A stretch of DNA of 64,000 nt, from assembly GCF_006345805.1 (NCBI RefSeq), contig NC_043004.1, positions 6,262,001 through 6,326,000 on the forward strand. Reading direction: 5' to 3'. Numbering within the stretch: position 1 is the stretch's first letter; every line of letters begins with the position of its first letter. The notes under the pieces were generated by a model. The model was not told the origin of the DNA, made no database searches, and was given only the letters and a program-made list of their open reading frames with translations. This DNA comes from Octopus sinensis. Taxonomy: Eukaryota. The translations under genes were made by a program, and so were the position numbers. Positions 25,290 through 38,609 of this stretch are shown in pieces.

Positions 25290-26414
25290 GAACCCGTTTT
25301 GGTAACAGTATTTCTTGGCATTGTGGAGGCGCGTGGCTTAGTGGTTAGGGTGTTGAACACATGATCATAAGGTTGTGGTTTCGACTCCTGGGCCGGGCGA
25401 TGTGTTGTGTTCTTGAGCAAAACACTTCATTTCACATTGCTCCAGTCCACTCAGCTGGCAAAAATGAGTAATCCTGTGACAGACCAGTGTCCCGTCTAGG
25501 TGGGGAATTTCTACGCCACTGAAACCAGCCCTTATGAGCCTGGCATGGCTTGAGAAGGAACATTTATTAATTTTTTTATTTCTTGGCATTTAAGGCCAGC
25601 ATGTACAAATGTAAGCATGCAGAGTGAAGCTGCTTGGCACAGATTGACCTTGAACTCTGCTGTACATGCACACTAAGTTTTAACATTCTAGCTCACTTCT
25701 GCTGTTTACAGCAGTGCTTGAAAGGAACATGTGTAGTGTGCAATCGTCACATTGACTATGACTCTGCATCAAATTTTGCCAAAAGCTTGGCAATACCTGG
25801 TGAGAGGCCTATGCAAAGTTGCAGAAGTGTACAGGGAGGCATGTATGAGCCAAAAAAATGTCAACAGTGACAATGTTCTAGGAGACCTGCAACCAACAGA
25901 ACTGAGAAAAACATCACAGATGTGCATGCAGCTGTGAGGGGAAATCACCGAATCACTATCCGTGAGTTATCAGAGGACGTGCAGATTAGTTACAGTTCAG
26001 TCCATAATCACTGAAAATTTGGGTACGAGACATGTGTCTGCCAAGTTTGTGCCAAAATTGCTTTCAGCTGACAATATACCTGCCCATTCAGTGCAGCTTG
26101 TGCAACAGATTTTGGCTAGGTACAGCATTCCCCCAGGTCTTGCCCCTTGCAACTTTTTCCTCTTTCCCAAAAAAAAATCCCACTTGAAAGGAAGAAGATT
26201 TCAGGATGTCAAGGAAATCAAAGTTAATGTGATAAGGCAGCTGCTGACTTTCTCAGAAAACGAGTTCCAGGAATGCTTCCATAAATGGAAATAGCAGTGG
26301 ATTAAGTGTGTGGCTTCTGAAGGGGACTTCTCTAATGCAAATTAAATGTCAAATTGGTATGTGTTGTAGTTTTGTTTCTATAGCACCAGTCCAGATACTT
26401 CTTGATCAGACCTC

Positions 26415-26415
<1 letters not shown>
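25290..26415 (+). mobile_element. Degenerate, internally deleted mariner element (left TIR not seen)
   Basis: Transposase fragments ENLGTRHVSAKFVPKLLS and PGLAPCNFFLFPK...LKGRRFQDVKEIK; right end CTTGATCAGACCTCG followed by TA. Confidence 0.8.
25323..25577 (+). mobile_element. SINE family C (tRNA head) inserted in the mariner 5' region
   Basis: A box TGGCTTAGTGG, B box GTTTCGACTCC; 14-bp TSD TATTTCTTGGCATT on both sides. Confidence 0.85.
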
Positions 26416-26464
<49 letters not shown>

Positions 26465-26649
26465 CACACACATAGTGGAAGACATTACAGCTTATTAGTC
26501 AAACACGATTGACAAACATTTTTCTCCTCATACACAGAGAAATATGTTCATACGCATACATAAAGAGAGGAAGGGAGAGGGAAGAAGAGCATAAAAGACA
26601 ATGAGTAAAACAACATTAAGAACATCTGATAAGTCACTGTTGAATAATA

Positions 26650-26990
26650 CCAAATAAGCAAAGTTAAATGGCTGTACCAAAACACCTCATACTCTATCCA
26701 GAAGATCCTACAACACACATCACTTCTGCTGCCACATGTTATCCATATTTAGAGTCCAAGTCTCACAACAGTAAATGTGCTTCTTACACACATTTCACTT
26801 CCACTGTTAGAGAGTTATTCCCATGTCCAACAGTTCAGACTAATTATACTCCATTTTGATCCAGAGCAGGCCAAAGCACATTGTACACTCAGACATGCAG
26901 CAGTTGGTTGTATGAGTATCCATTTTATTCTCCATTCTGCTTTTTTATATGGCCAAAGGCAATCAGGGGTGGAGGGATATCAGTGAATAT
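26650..26990 (-). mobile_element. RTE LINE RT remnant
   Basis: Minus strand gives CVRST then, after a frameshift, CETWTLN, matching the RTE LLYGCETWTL motif. Confidence 0.6.
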
Positions 26991-28024
26991 TGTTGAAGCA
27001 GATGCCATTATGAAACTACAAACTCAGATTTTCAGAATTTATCAAAGATGATTTCGCAAAGCAGCAACGAGAGCTAGTAACTATCAATATTTAATGCATG
27101 TATATAAAGATACAGGCATGGTTATGTGGTCAAGAATTTGCTTCCAAACCACATGGTTTTGAGTTCACTGAGGTACAACTTAAGCATGTGTCTTCTACTT
27201 AGTCCCAGGTCAAACAAAGCTTTGTGAGTGGATTTGATAGATGGAAACTGAAAGAAGCTCACTGTATATGCATCATCATCATTTAGCATTCATTTTCCAT
27301 GATGATGATGATACATATGTGTGAGTGTGTTTGTGTCTCCTTGTCTTGACATCACATGACAGTTGTGAGTATCACTGTCATACAAGCAGTGTCACTCCTT
27401 TCCAATATTCTGTGAAAACCTGTCTAGTGGGGGGGGGGGGATATTACTTTGCATAGAAAAAAGTAATGTTTGGTGACAAGAAGGGCATCCAACCATAGAA
27501 AATCTACCTCAAGAAATTCCATCCATCTCATGCAAGCATGATGATGATAAAATATCTGTATCAATATATTCAATAGCTCTCCAACTATCTTCAAATGTTC
27601 AAGTAGGTTTATTGGTTTTCGATTCATTAACTCCTGCTCTAATTTCTCAGTAGTTTCTATAAGTTATTTTTACGTTGGCTCAACTTAAGATCAAGTATAT
27701 CATTTATACAAGTTAATTCCTTTTCTATGTAATGACAACATTAAAAACAATTTTTCAATAGCTAAATTTTGCTTTATAAACCAGAATAGATCACACAGCT
27801 TCTTGTTCATCTTTAACATAAAAGATATCAAAAAGATTGTATTATCTGCTTTCTCTTCTCTCTAGCTAAAAATGGTATTCTAGTTGTTGCCAAATCTCTA
27901 AATATATAATTTACACTGACCAACTTCTTCTATACCATTCAAGTCTGCTTTAGTCTGGGAGAAACTACTTACTGCATGAGAGGAGAAAGCGATATATGAT
28001 TTTATTTTTTTTTTTGTTTGTTGC

Positions 28025-28412
28025 TCTCTTTTACTTGTTTCAGTCATTTGACTGCAGCCATGCTGGAGCACCGACTTTAGTCGAGCAAATCAACCCCAGG
28101 ACTCATTCTTTGTAAGCCTAGTACTTATTTTATTGGTCTCTTTTGCCGAACCGCTAAGTTATGTGGACATAAACACACCAGCATCGGTTGTCAAGCGATG
28201 TTGGGGGGACAAACACAGACACACAATGATGATGATATATACATATATACAGTGGGCTTCTTTCAGTTTCCGTCTACCAAATCCACTCACAAGGCTTTGG
28301 TCGACCTGAGGCTACAGTAGAAGATACTTGCCCAAAGTGCCACGTAGTGGGACTGAACCCAGAACCATGTAGTTGGTAAGCAAGCTACTTAACACACAGC
28401 CACTCCTACGCT
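28025..28412 (-). mobile_element. SINE family A
   Basis: Reverse-complement similarity. Confidence 0.9.
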
Positions 28413-29469
28413 TCAATAATTTATCTTAAGGCTTTTTCTTCAATGAAATTACTATCAACCAAAACAGTTATATACTGTTCGTTTTGCTTTAACTAGTGAT
28501 GTTTATTACAGTTTTCCCCAATATTCATGTTATTTTTAAATACATATAATACATTTTGGCTTTCTCTCAAATTATTTATATTAATAATAAAAGCATAAAT
28601 AAGATGGCTAATTGGCAGAATAATTAGAGCCTGAGAAAAAATGTATAGCTGTATTTCTTCCAGCTCTTTATGTTTTGAGTTCAAATTCCACTGAGGTCAA
28701 CTTTGCATTTCATCCCTTTCAAGCTCGATAAAATAAGTACCAGTCAAACATTGGAGAAAACATTTGAAACAATACTGATTTCAAATTTTGGCACAAGGCC
28801 AGCAATTTCAGGGGAGGGAACTGGTTGATTAAAGTGACACCAGTACTCAACTGGCACTTATAATATTATTGACCCTGACAGGACGAAAGACAAAGTCGAC
28901 TTTGGTGGAATTTGAACTCAGACAGACACAATCCCAGTAAACGTTTCACTGGGCATGCTTACAATTTTACCAGCTCACCACCTTAACACCTGAAATGATA
29001 TTAAATACACAAATTCAATTTTAGTAATTTTTTTTTAATAATAATCTCCAAAGTAAGTTTAAATTTTAAATTGTAAAAAGAAAATGCTTCCAGAGGAAAA
29101 TTGATATGCTTCACAAGAAAAACGAAGGATATAAGTCATAAGAATCAATACTGTCTACATTATTAAACAGTTTCAGCATTCATGACTGCTTATCGGAATA
29201 TTGTTCAAGAAATAGTATTAATATTTCAGAAGTTAATTAGTTGTTTTATATACACTAGTATCATGGAAACTACAAAAAACAAGCACAATAGCTGGCACAA
29301 TTTCAGGAATTATGGTTTTATCAAAGAGTCTAAATTAAACCAACCAACGCAAAAATATTAGTCAGCATATTTCTAAAATGTAAGAAAATATGGTTTAACC
29401 ATTTTTTAAAAATTTGATTCCGGTTGAAATACAGGATCTTTATTTATTCCATTTAATTTTTAAAATCAT

Positions 29470-29849
29470 CTTTTATTTGTTTGTCACTGGACTGTGGCCA
29501 TGCTGGGGCACTACTTTGAAGAATTTTTAGTCAAATGAATCCTGGGTACTTTTTTGTTGTTGTTTAAACCTGGTACTTCTAGCAATTTCTTTTACTGAAC
29601 CATTAAGTTACAGGGACGTAAACACACCAACACTGGTTGCCAAGTGGTGATAGGAGACAAACACATGCACACACACACATACACACATGTGACAGGCTTC
29701 TTTCAGTTTCTGTCCACCAAACCACTAACAAGGCTTTGGTTAGTCCAAGTCTACAATAGAAGATACTTGCCCAAGGTGCCACCAGTTGAACTGAATCCAG
29801 AACTATGTGGTTAGGAAGCAAGATTCTTACCACAGTCATGCCTGCACCT
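29470..29849 (-). mobile_element. SINE family A (left member of a divergent pair)
   Basis: Reverse-complement similarity. Confidence 0.85.
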
Positions 29850-29874
29850 ACGAATGTGGAATTTACTAAAATAA

Positions 29875-30040
29875 AGGAGCGGCTGTGTGGTAAGTAGGTT
29901 GCTTACCAACAACATGGTTCCGGGTTCAGTCCCACTGAGTGACACCTTGGGCAACTGCCTTCTACTATAGCCTCGGGCCAACCAAAGCTTTGTGAGTGGA
30001 TTTGGTTGATGAAAACTGAAAGAAGCCTGTCGCATATATG

Positions 30041-30085
<45 letters not shown>

Positions 30086-30275
30086 CCCCCACCCAACATT
30101 GCTTGACAACCGATGCTGGTGTGCTTACGTCCACGTAACTTAGTGGTTCGGCAAAAGAGACTGATAGAATAAGTACTAGGCTTACAAAGAATAAGTCCTG
30201 GGGTCGATTTCCTCAACTAAAGGCGGTGTTCCAGCATAGCCGCAGCCAAATGGCTGAAACAAGTAAAAGAGTAAA
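29875..30275 (+). mobile_element. SINE family A (right member of a divergent pair)
   Basis: Full colinear similarity. Confidence 0.9.
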
Positions 30276-30553
30276 ACAGAGTATAATCAAGCTATTTTCG
30301 AAACAAGTTAACATGAAATTTCAATGGAAGTCAAAGTCTAGAAGTTACAGTATTATATTTAATCTTAATTACAGTTGTTTCAACACAAAGGGAAATACAC
30401 TTCATGAACATAAATAATCATCATCCTCATTATTATTGAACATCCATTTTCCATGCTGGCATGGGTTGGATGGTTTGACAGGAGCTGACACACCAAGCTC
30501 TACTGTCTGCTTTGGCATAGTTTCTACAGCTGGACGCTCTTCTTGATGCCAAT

Positions 30554-30838
30554 TTCTTTTTTTGCACCCTTTTCAAGCCTAGCCAGCCTCATGGGCCCAG
30601 TTTCTGTGGCGCATGTGTCCCCCCCCCCCCAGTCCATCGTAGCATTACTCAAGAAACAGGAAAAGAGAGTTGTGATGAAAGAGTACAACAGGGATTGCCA
30701 CCACCTCCTGCCGGAGCAATGTGGAGCTTTTAGGTGTTTTTGCTCAATAAACACACACAACGCCCGGTCTGGGAATCGAAACTGCAATCCTTCGACCGTG
30801 AGTCCGCTGCCCCAACCACTGGGCCATTGCGCCTCCAC
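30554..30838 (-). mobile_element. SINE family C nested in a family D fragment
   Basis: tRNA-like head on the minus strand; 13-bp TSD TCTTGATGCCAAT at 30541-30553 and 30839-30851. Confidence 0.85.
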
Positions 30839-31120
30839 TCTTGATGCCAATATTCAAATATAAATGATTTTATAATATAATAATATGTGTGACATTGTTT
30901 ATTGAAAACTGAGTTAGCACAAGTTGCTAATTGTTTTTCATTGTGGTTACTTGTGTCTCCATTCTTTGAACGTGGAAACCAGGAATGAGAAACTCAAAAT
31001 AGCAACTCACAGAGTCAGCTCTGCCTAACAGTATTGAGTACTTTTTCTATTCAAATGCAATTCACACCAATGTGAAATCACCATGCATGAATGAATATGT
31101 ACACATGTGTAAAATATCTA

Positions 31121-32374
31121 CGAGGGATGTTCAGTAATGCCTCTGACCCACTTGTAGTTGTTTGATCTTGCTGAAATTTTGCATGTGCAATTATTTATAT
31201 CTTTATAGATTACGTGGCAAATTACAGCTCTGAACTAATTGTGGTTTCTGATTTACAGGTGTTTGAACTGAGTCAAGTGTGAAATGGAGCCTGTTGAGTG
31301 TCGAGCAGTGATCCGGGTTTTTGTATTTGAAAGGACGCACACCACGGGAGACTTTTGATGAAATGAAAGTAACTTATGGTGATGATGCCCCATCATATGA
31401 CCTTGTAAAACGCTGGCATCGTGAATTCAAACATGGTCGGAACTCTGTGGAAACAGCCCTCAGATCTGGTCACCCTCCTTCTGCCATTGATGAGGCATCT
31501 GTTCGTCAAGTTAAGGCTGCCATTTTGGAAGATCGACGCATAACTATTCGCCAAATAGCCCATGAGGTCAAGATTAGTACCGGGTCTGTGGAAACTATCA
31601 TTCATGACCATTTGCATATGCAAAAGGTGTCTGCCAGATGGATTCCGAGGTTGCTCACACCTTTCCAGAAGCAAGAACGCGTCTGGAGATGTGCCAAGAA
31701 GATGAGTCAAAATTTTTCAAAAGACTGATTACACAGGATGAAACCTGGGTCCATCACCATGATCCAGAGACCAAAGCCCAGTCAATGCAGTGGAAACACC
31801 GTGACTCACCTCCTCCAAAGAAGACAAGGGTGCAGCCCTCCGCTGGCAAGGTCATGCTCACAGTCTTCTGGGACCAGGACAGAATAGTGATGACAGATTT
31901 CCTGGCAAAGGGTACCACAATTACAGGAGCCTATTATGTTTCACTTTTGAGGAAATTAAGAGAAGCTATCAAAATCAAGAGGCGGGGCAAGATCAGCAAA
32001 GCATCCTCCTCCTGCAGGACAACTCGATGGTCGCCAGATCAGAAGCACAGGCGTGCGGCTATGAACTCCTCCCCCAACCCCCTACTCTCCTGACCTTGCA
32101 CCCTCGGATTTTCACCTCTTCCCAGCCATAAAGTTGTTTTTGAAAGGAAAGTGTTTCCCACATGATGCAGCCTTGATTTCCGAAGTCAGGTCGTGGTTGG
32201 AGGACCAAGCTGGGGTCTTCTACAAAAACGGTCTCTAGAGCTGCATCAAACGATGGAAGAAATGCGTAACTCTGGGTGGTTCCTATATAAAAGAAGACTA
32301 ATAACTGTGCCAAGTGTCGTTGCTCTACTGCTATGGAAAGTGGGTCAGGGGCATTACTTATTGAATGCCCCTCG
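31121..32374 (+). mobile_element. Near full-length mariner (Tc1/mariner) DNA transposon
   Basis: TIRs CGAGGGATGTTCA----GTAATGCCTCTGACCCA / TGGGTCAGGGGCATTACTTATTGAATGCCCCTCG; TA TSD at 31119-31120 and 32375-32376. Confidence 0.95.
31284..32301 (+). pseudogene. Mariner transposase pseudogene (multiple frameshifts and deletions)
   Basis: MEPVECRAVI start, HTH region, WIPRLL, ITQDETWVHH, LLQDN and YSPDLAPSDFHLF motifs spread over several frames. Confidence 0.92.
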
Positions 32375-33594
32375 TAATTACACTGTCTAACATGATTTTT
32401 GTCCTTGCGTAGCAACTGTTATTTCCTATTTGCTTACCCTTAGAAAGTATGAAAAATTGCTTTTTGTTAAATTTATTCAAACCCCAAAGAATCCCTCTCA
32501 ACACATAGCTATAATGCTCCTCCACCATTCCTGCTCATGAACAGAGATGCACATATTGTCAACCACCAAAAGTCATGCTCAAGTGCTTAAGGTCAACAAA
32601 TCTGTGGTATTGAATATTTGTAGAACATTTGCTATAATTATTTCTGTTTCAGCAACTCAGCACTGAATCTGTCTGAAATATAATGGAAAATAGGTCAGTT
32701 TCAAAACATTGATGTCCAGGTCACAGAAGCAAAGCTTGAAGGGAATGGTAGTCATTTCCTTTGATTTCTAGATAGAAGCAAATAGGAAATAACACTAACT
32801 GACCAAAGACAAAAAAATAAAAATTTTGTTACAGTATTATAGATTAAAAACAAAAGTATTCAGTCTGCTTTGAACCATTACAAAACAAAGAGGAGACACA
32901 TACACTTGCTATTAAATTAAAAAAAGGGATAATTTGATAGGAAATAAGTGTTTAGCTTCAGTATTTTATAATTTTACTTTTGCTCTTATGACAGTCTGAT
33001 ATTTGATTCCGTTCTCCGGAATCCTAAAGTACTTCCGGCAATACCATCCATTTTTTTTCATCTTACCAAACAACTTGACATTTTGCAACCAAAATTCAAC
33101 AGCTATCTGTACTCAAGGCTAACATGTGCCCTTAAATTTAAGAAAGAATTATCATCAATTATATCAGCCCTAGTAATTCACTGTACTTTATCAACCTTGG
33201 ATTATGCAGTCCACTGGGCTCAGTCCTTTATTTTCTAATCAATGATCTCATGCTTTATTATGCATGAAATCATTGATTCAGTAGTTATGATACAGTAATT
33301 TCCTGGAATGTGTGAGTGGAAGTGAAGGAATTGTATACTTTGTTGCATATTTTAATAAAAGTTTGTAGCTAATACTAAAATGACATGTTAAATAAAATTA
33401 AATTTAATTTCTTGCAGCAATGTTGGTAAGATGTCTTTAAATATGAGACAAAAAAAAATGTGAATTGACAAACACTAAGACATATTATTTTATAAAACGA
33501 AGATTTGCCTAACTTCTCTTACTTACAAAGTGGAATGCCTTACAACATACTTTCTGGTAAGATTTTCTTACTACATACCAAATTAACAATGCAT

Positions 33595-33900
33595 CATCAC
33601 GATTTAATGTCCATGCTCGCATGGGTTGGACAGTTTGACATGGAGCTTGGCGGCCAGGGAGCTGTCTAGACTCCAGTTGCCTGTTGTGGCATGGTTTTTA
33701 TGGCTGGATGCCCTTCCTAACATCAACCACTTCACAGAGTGTGCTGGGTGCTTTTTACGTGCCACCAGCATGCGTGTGTCTACGCAGCACTGTCACGGGT
33801 GCATTTTATGTGGCACCGTCACTTGTAAAGGAGAAGCCTGTATATATGGGTAACAGCAATTTTACTTAGCTTGGGGTGTCTTCTCAAATACAGCAAATCG
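33595..33900 (-). mobile_element. Retroposon family D
   Basis: (CAT)n start and GGATGCCCTTCCTAAC core. Confidence 0.7.
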
Positions 33901-34719
33901 CATTATACAAAAACTGTTAAAAAACGATCCAATTATTCCCACAGCCCACTGTAAAAAAAAAAGAATCTAAACTTGCTTTGGATACTGCACATCTTCAAAT
34001 TTAGCTAATTAAAACAATGGCAGCAAAAAAAAAAAAAAATTCAAGCAATTAATAACTTCCATGCCATTTAGATAAACCATTTTGACAACTAAAATATATT
34101 AAATCACATTTATATATATAATAGCCTTTATTAGAACACAAACACATTTTGTTTGCCTCGTGTCATAGGTTATAAGTAAATAATAATGTAAATGAATTTT
34201 ATATAAATACCTACTCTTTTAAAACTGTTATGCTCTTGCTTAATGATTGAAAGCAAAGAATGATTTATATTTAGATTCAGGGTTAGACAAGAACAAATTC
34301 AAAGCCACAATACTTTCATACTGAAACTTGAGCCACCACAATTGCCTATTTGAAGTAAATATACAAAATATTGAGACATGAAAACTATTTTAAATTAATC
34401 CTCTCTTCTAAAATAACCAATGACAATGAAAATAAACTCTATAACAACTCACTCTGGCTGACTGGCTGTGTGTGGGGGGGGGCTGGAGGAAATAGTGTTG
34501 TAGTTGATCAGGTCAGTTTCATCAAACAGTCTTCCAGCTGTGACTACCTGGTCATTTTATATGGTAGTCTGGATTACATTATCCAATGTCTCCTGCCCTC
34601 TTTCAAATGTTAGGGTGTGATTTGAGACAGAACTGGTTGTTATATCTAGCAGCTGACAAAGAGACCATCATTCAAGTGTGACCTCATTGAATGGACATGT
34701 TAATTTTAATTGTATTTCA

Positions 34720-34925
34720 TCATCATCATTGTTTAATGTCCGTTTTCCATGCTGGCATAGGTTGGATGGTTTGACTAAAGTCTAGAAAGCCAGTGGCCAC
34801 AGGCACAGGAGCCAGTCAGGCAGGCTTGGCACCAATCATGTTCGGATAGTGCTTTTAACATGACACTGACACGGGAGCCAGTCAGGGGGCACTGGCATTG
34901 GCCATGTTCGGATGGTGCTTTAGAA
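34720..34925 (-). mobile_element. Retroposon family D with two 66-bp units
   Basis: Units start at 34804 and 34870. Confidence 0.7.
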
Positions 34926-35901
34926 GTTTGTGCGAGTTAAATTCAAGTGGTTGAATCCTTAAATGCTACCATTTATTGAGCTACTTATACATACAGGCTT
35001 CAACATAGTTTCCAAGTATCAAATTCACTTACAAGGCAATGGTCAGCCTGGAACTATAGTAGAAGATACTTGGCCAAGGTGCCATGCAGTGAGACTGAAC
35101 TTGAAATCACATGGTTGCTAAGTTTTTTCATAAATATATCAATATATGTACAGTCCCCCCCCCCTCCATTTATTCTTCTGAGATTTTAATCAAAAGGATT
35201 GAGATCACACTCTGCACAGTCTTAATAGCAGCAGCTGCTAGGTGCTATTTCAAACCTCTTACATTCTGTTCATTCAAAGAATTTTTATTCACTAACAAAT
35301 TAATCTCAACCATATTCACTTTAAAGCCACTTAAATCCCTTCTTCAAAGCTTGAAAATGTTTTCTGTATTCTTCAGTTAAATTAACAGAAGAGGTTAATT
35401 CAAGGACACAATATCTTAATGAATATAACTGTACAATATAATGTGTAAGTGAGAAGTGACAGAACATTGAACACTTAACAAGAAAGCAAATTAATCTAAG
35501 ATACGTCATCATCCAGTGTTTTAAATCCGGGTTTTGTCCCCGTTAATGGGGGTGGCCAGATCTACCTCAATGCCATAGCAACTGAGGCAGGCAGTTGCAG
35601 CCTAGCCCAACCTTTGGGCTGGCTGGTGCCCATTCTCCCTAGCAAACATGAGGCATTTCTGGAGCTGGATATTTTCTATGGGGTGCATGCCCTTGCTTAC
35701 CCCCAACCTCAGTTTCTAGACAGGAGTGATCCTGAAACCAAGACTTCTACCATGATCTTTAAGAAACGTGGTGGATTTAAATTTTTAACACTTTCAAGAA
35801 ACTGACAGCCCTTACACATTCCCATATAAATTCAACATAACCACCTAAAACTTTTTATACAAATCTACCAAACAGACTAATTATACATCATTACTATAGA
35901 A

Positions 35902-36199
35902 CAGGGGTCGGAGAACTTTTTTAACCAATTACTCCAAAATATATTTATTTATGCCGACGTCACCCCTTGGTTTGAAAGGAAGAAAATCATACATTCTTTG
36001 AATTCAAAAGGTTTATTGAATCAATTTATATGAATCCATTACATTGGACAGATGCAGGGTTGCCAGAAGAGAAATTTCTGTCATTACAAGGAAAACGGAT
36101 TTTTATATAATTTTACTTATGTCTAATGAGTCCCCATTACCCACAAGAATTTCATTTTTACCCCACTTGGGGTAATTTACCCTGGTTTGCTGACCCCTG
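35902..36199. mobile_element. hAT-type MITE
   Basis: TIRs CAGGGGTCGGAGAAC / GTTTGCTGACCCCTG; 8-bp TSD CTATAGAA / CTATAGCA (7 of 8 match). Confidence 0.8.
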
Positions 36200-36549
36200 C
36201 TATAGCACATCATTACTATGGTAAAAATATAATTTAGAAAACAAAGCGCAAGAAACTATAAATGGTTTTATATCGAAATCTGGAAGATTGGATATTATTT
36301 AATGATAATGGCTTCAATTTTTAGCACAGGGCTAGCAATTTTAGGGGAAGGAGGTATGTCAGTGATATTGACCCCTGTGCTTGAGTGATACTTTCTTTTT
36401 TTTATCACCCCCCCCCCTCCCACCGAGAGGATGAAAGGCAAAGCCAACATTCGTGCCATTTGAACTCAGCATGTTGGGTAAAATGCTTAGTGACGTTTTC
36501 CCAGCTCTTTATGTTCTAACAATTCTGCCATCTTGCCACCTTTTCTTCA

Positions 36550-36950
36550 TTATCATCCTTGTTTAACGTCTGCTTTCCATGCTGGCATAGGTTGGATGGT
36601 TTGACTGAGGGCTAGCGAGCCAGGAGGCTCCAATCTGATCTGGAAATGTTTCTGCAGCTGGATGCCCTTTCTAACGCCAACCACTCCAAAAGAGTAGTGG
36701 GTGCTTTTTATGTGTCACCAGCACAGGAGTCAGTCAGTGGGCACTGGCATCAAACACATTCAGATGGTACATTTTACGTGCCACCAGCATGGAAGCCAGT
36801 CGGGTGGCACTAGCCATGGCTACGATTTCAATTTTACTTGACTCAACAGATCTTCTCAAACATATCATATCGCTCGATGCTGCAAGGGTACTTTTAAAAG
36901 GGCTGATCATGCAACACTGGCATCGGCCAAGGCTGCAATCTCACTTTACT
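36550..36950 (-). mobile_element. Retroposon family D with two 66-bp units
   Basis: Units start at 36722 and 36788. Confidence 0.7.
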
Positions 36951-37609
36951 TGTTGATAATGGTAATGAGAATGAAGATAATGATTAAGCTGATAATAATG
37001 GTAATGAGAATGATGATGACGCTTAGATTTTAGATTTTAATTGAATTTTTATGCCTGAGAGTGAGTCTAAAATGTAAGATAAAATTCAAAGTCAACATGA
37101 ATATTCAAGGATGTAAATGTGACCTTATCTACATTTAAAGCAGGAGGGAAAAAGATAAAACTTATGATGCTCTGGCTATGACCATACCATTTTTTTTTTG
37201 GAGGGTGGGCATCGTGTATCTAGGGCTTTGTTATCCAATTTGTATTTTCATTTTCAAGAAAGTAGAGTGTGATTTGAGGGACATTTGAATGCTAGTTGTA
37301 GCAGGTTGAGCAACAATCATCTTGGAAGCATTGTGTTTTCAACCTGAAGTATCATCATGCAGTTTTTCCTATAGAAGACCCAAACATTATTTAAATTTCA
37401 AAAGGCAATCTTTTCTGATATAATTATTTATGAGATGTCAACAAAGCAAGCCAGTAAGAGTGCTGCTGGCTTGAAAGAAAGGTTGAAAAAAATCATTGAC
37501 ATACTACTTAACATTATCTATTAGTGACAGAACCAAAAGTTAAACTCAAGTATCCACCTTGATCACAACAATTTCACAAGGAGCATTATAAAACCAAAGA
37601 CATCATACA

Positions 37610-37677
37610 ATAATAATAATAATAATAATAATAATGATAATAATAATAATGATAATAATAATGATAATAATAATGAT
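37610..37677. repeat. (AAT/GAT)n microsatellite
   Basis: Direct reading. Confidence 0.95.
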
Positions 37678-37679
37678 AT

Positions 37680-38130
37680 GGTGCTACTTTGGTATGCAAT
37701 CTATGTGTCATAAAACTGCTTTGGTATATGATCTACACTTTATATTGTAATCTACAAGAAAAGCTATACTTAACAAGAACAGTTTTTCTAGCTGATGTTC
37801 ATTTGATTCACTGATAAAATTAGTAAATTTGTTTCAAATTTGCTTCATTCTAATTTCTTTTTAATAATAAATATATAAAATGTATAAAAATTTTAATTAT
37901 CTATTTTTTACTTTTCTAGCTGATGTTTCTTTGATTTGCCCATTTGTTTAATTTGCCAATAAAATTAGTAAACTTGTTTCAAATCTGCTTTATTTAAATT
38001 TTAAATAAACATATAAAAATGTTTTATTTAAGCCATAATAAATAAATGAAACATGTGGATCACATACTAAAGTAGAATTTGACTCTTGTAGATCATGTTG
38101 GTTACATAGATCACATACCAAAGTAGCACC
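37680..38130. mobile_element. MITE with 27-bp TIRs, possibly PIF/Harbinger
   Basis: GGTGCTACTTTGGTATGCAATCTATGT / ACATAGATCACATACCAAAGTAGCACC; flanks TAT / TAA inside (TAA)n. Confidence 0.65.
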
Positions 38131-38575
38131 TAATAATAATCCTTTCTACTATAGGCACAAGGCCTGAAATTGTTGGGGAGGGAACTAGCTGAGTACATCA
38201 ATCCCAGTGTGTCACTGGTACTTAATCTATTGACCCCGACAGGATGAAAGGTAAATTTGAACTCAGAATGTAGAGACAGGTGAAATACCACTAAGCATTT
38301 CATCCGGCACACTAACAATCCTGCCAGCTCTCCACCTTAATAATAATAATAATATAAATTATGGTTTAAATTTTGGCACAAGGTCAGCAAGTTCAGGGAA
38401 GTGGGTAAGTCAAATGAGCTCAGTGCTCAACTGGTTTTATTGACTCTGAAAGGATAACAGGCGAAATCAACCTTAGTGAAATTTGAACTCAGAACGTGAA
38501 GACAGACAAAATGCTTAGCAGCATTTTGTCTGGCATGCTCTTGATTTTGCCAACTCACCACCTTAATAATAATAA
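38131..38575 (-). mobile_element. Two head-to-tail SINE family B copies
   Basis: Units at about 38131-38340 and 38341-38565, joined by (AAT)n. Confidence 0.8.
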
Positions 38576-38609
38576 TAATCCTTTCTATAGGTGCAGGAGT
38601 GACTATATA

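Noticed and set aside
25323-25400. tRNA gene
   Set aside because: A and B boxes are present, but the sequence continues into a SINE body flanked by a TSD; it is a SINE head, as are similar motifs elsewhere.
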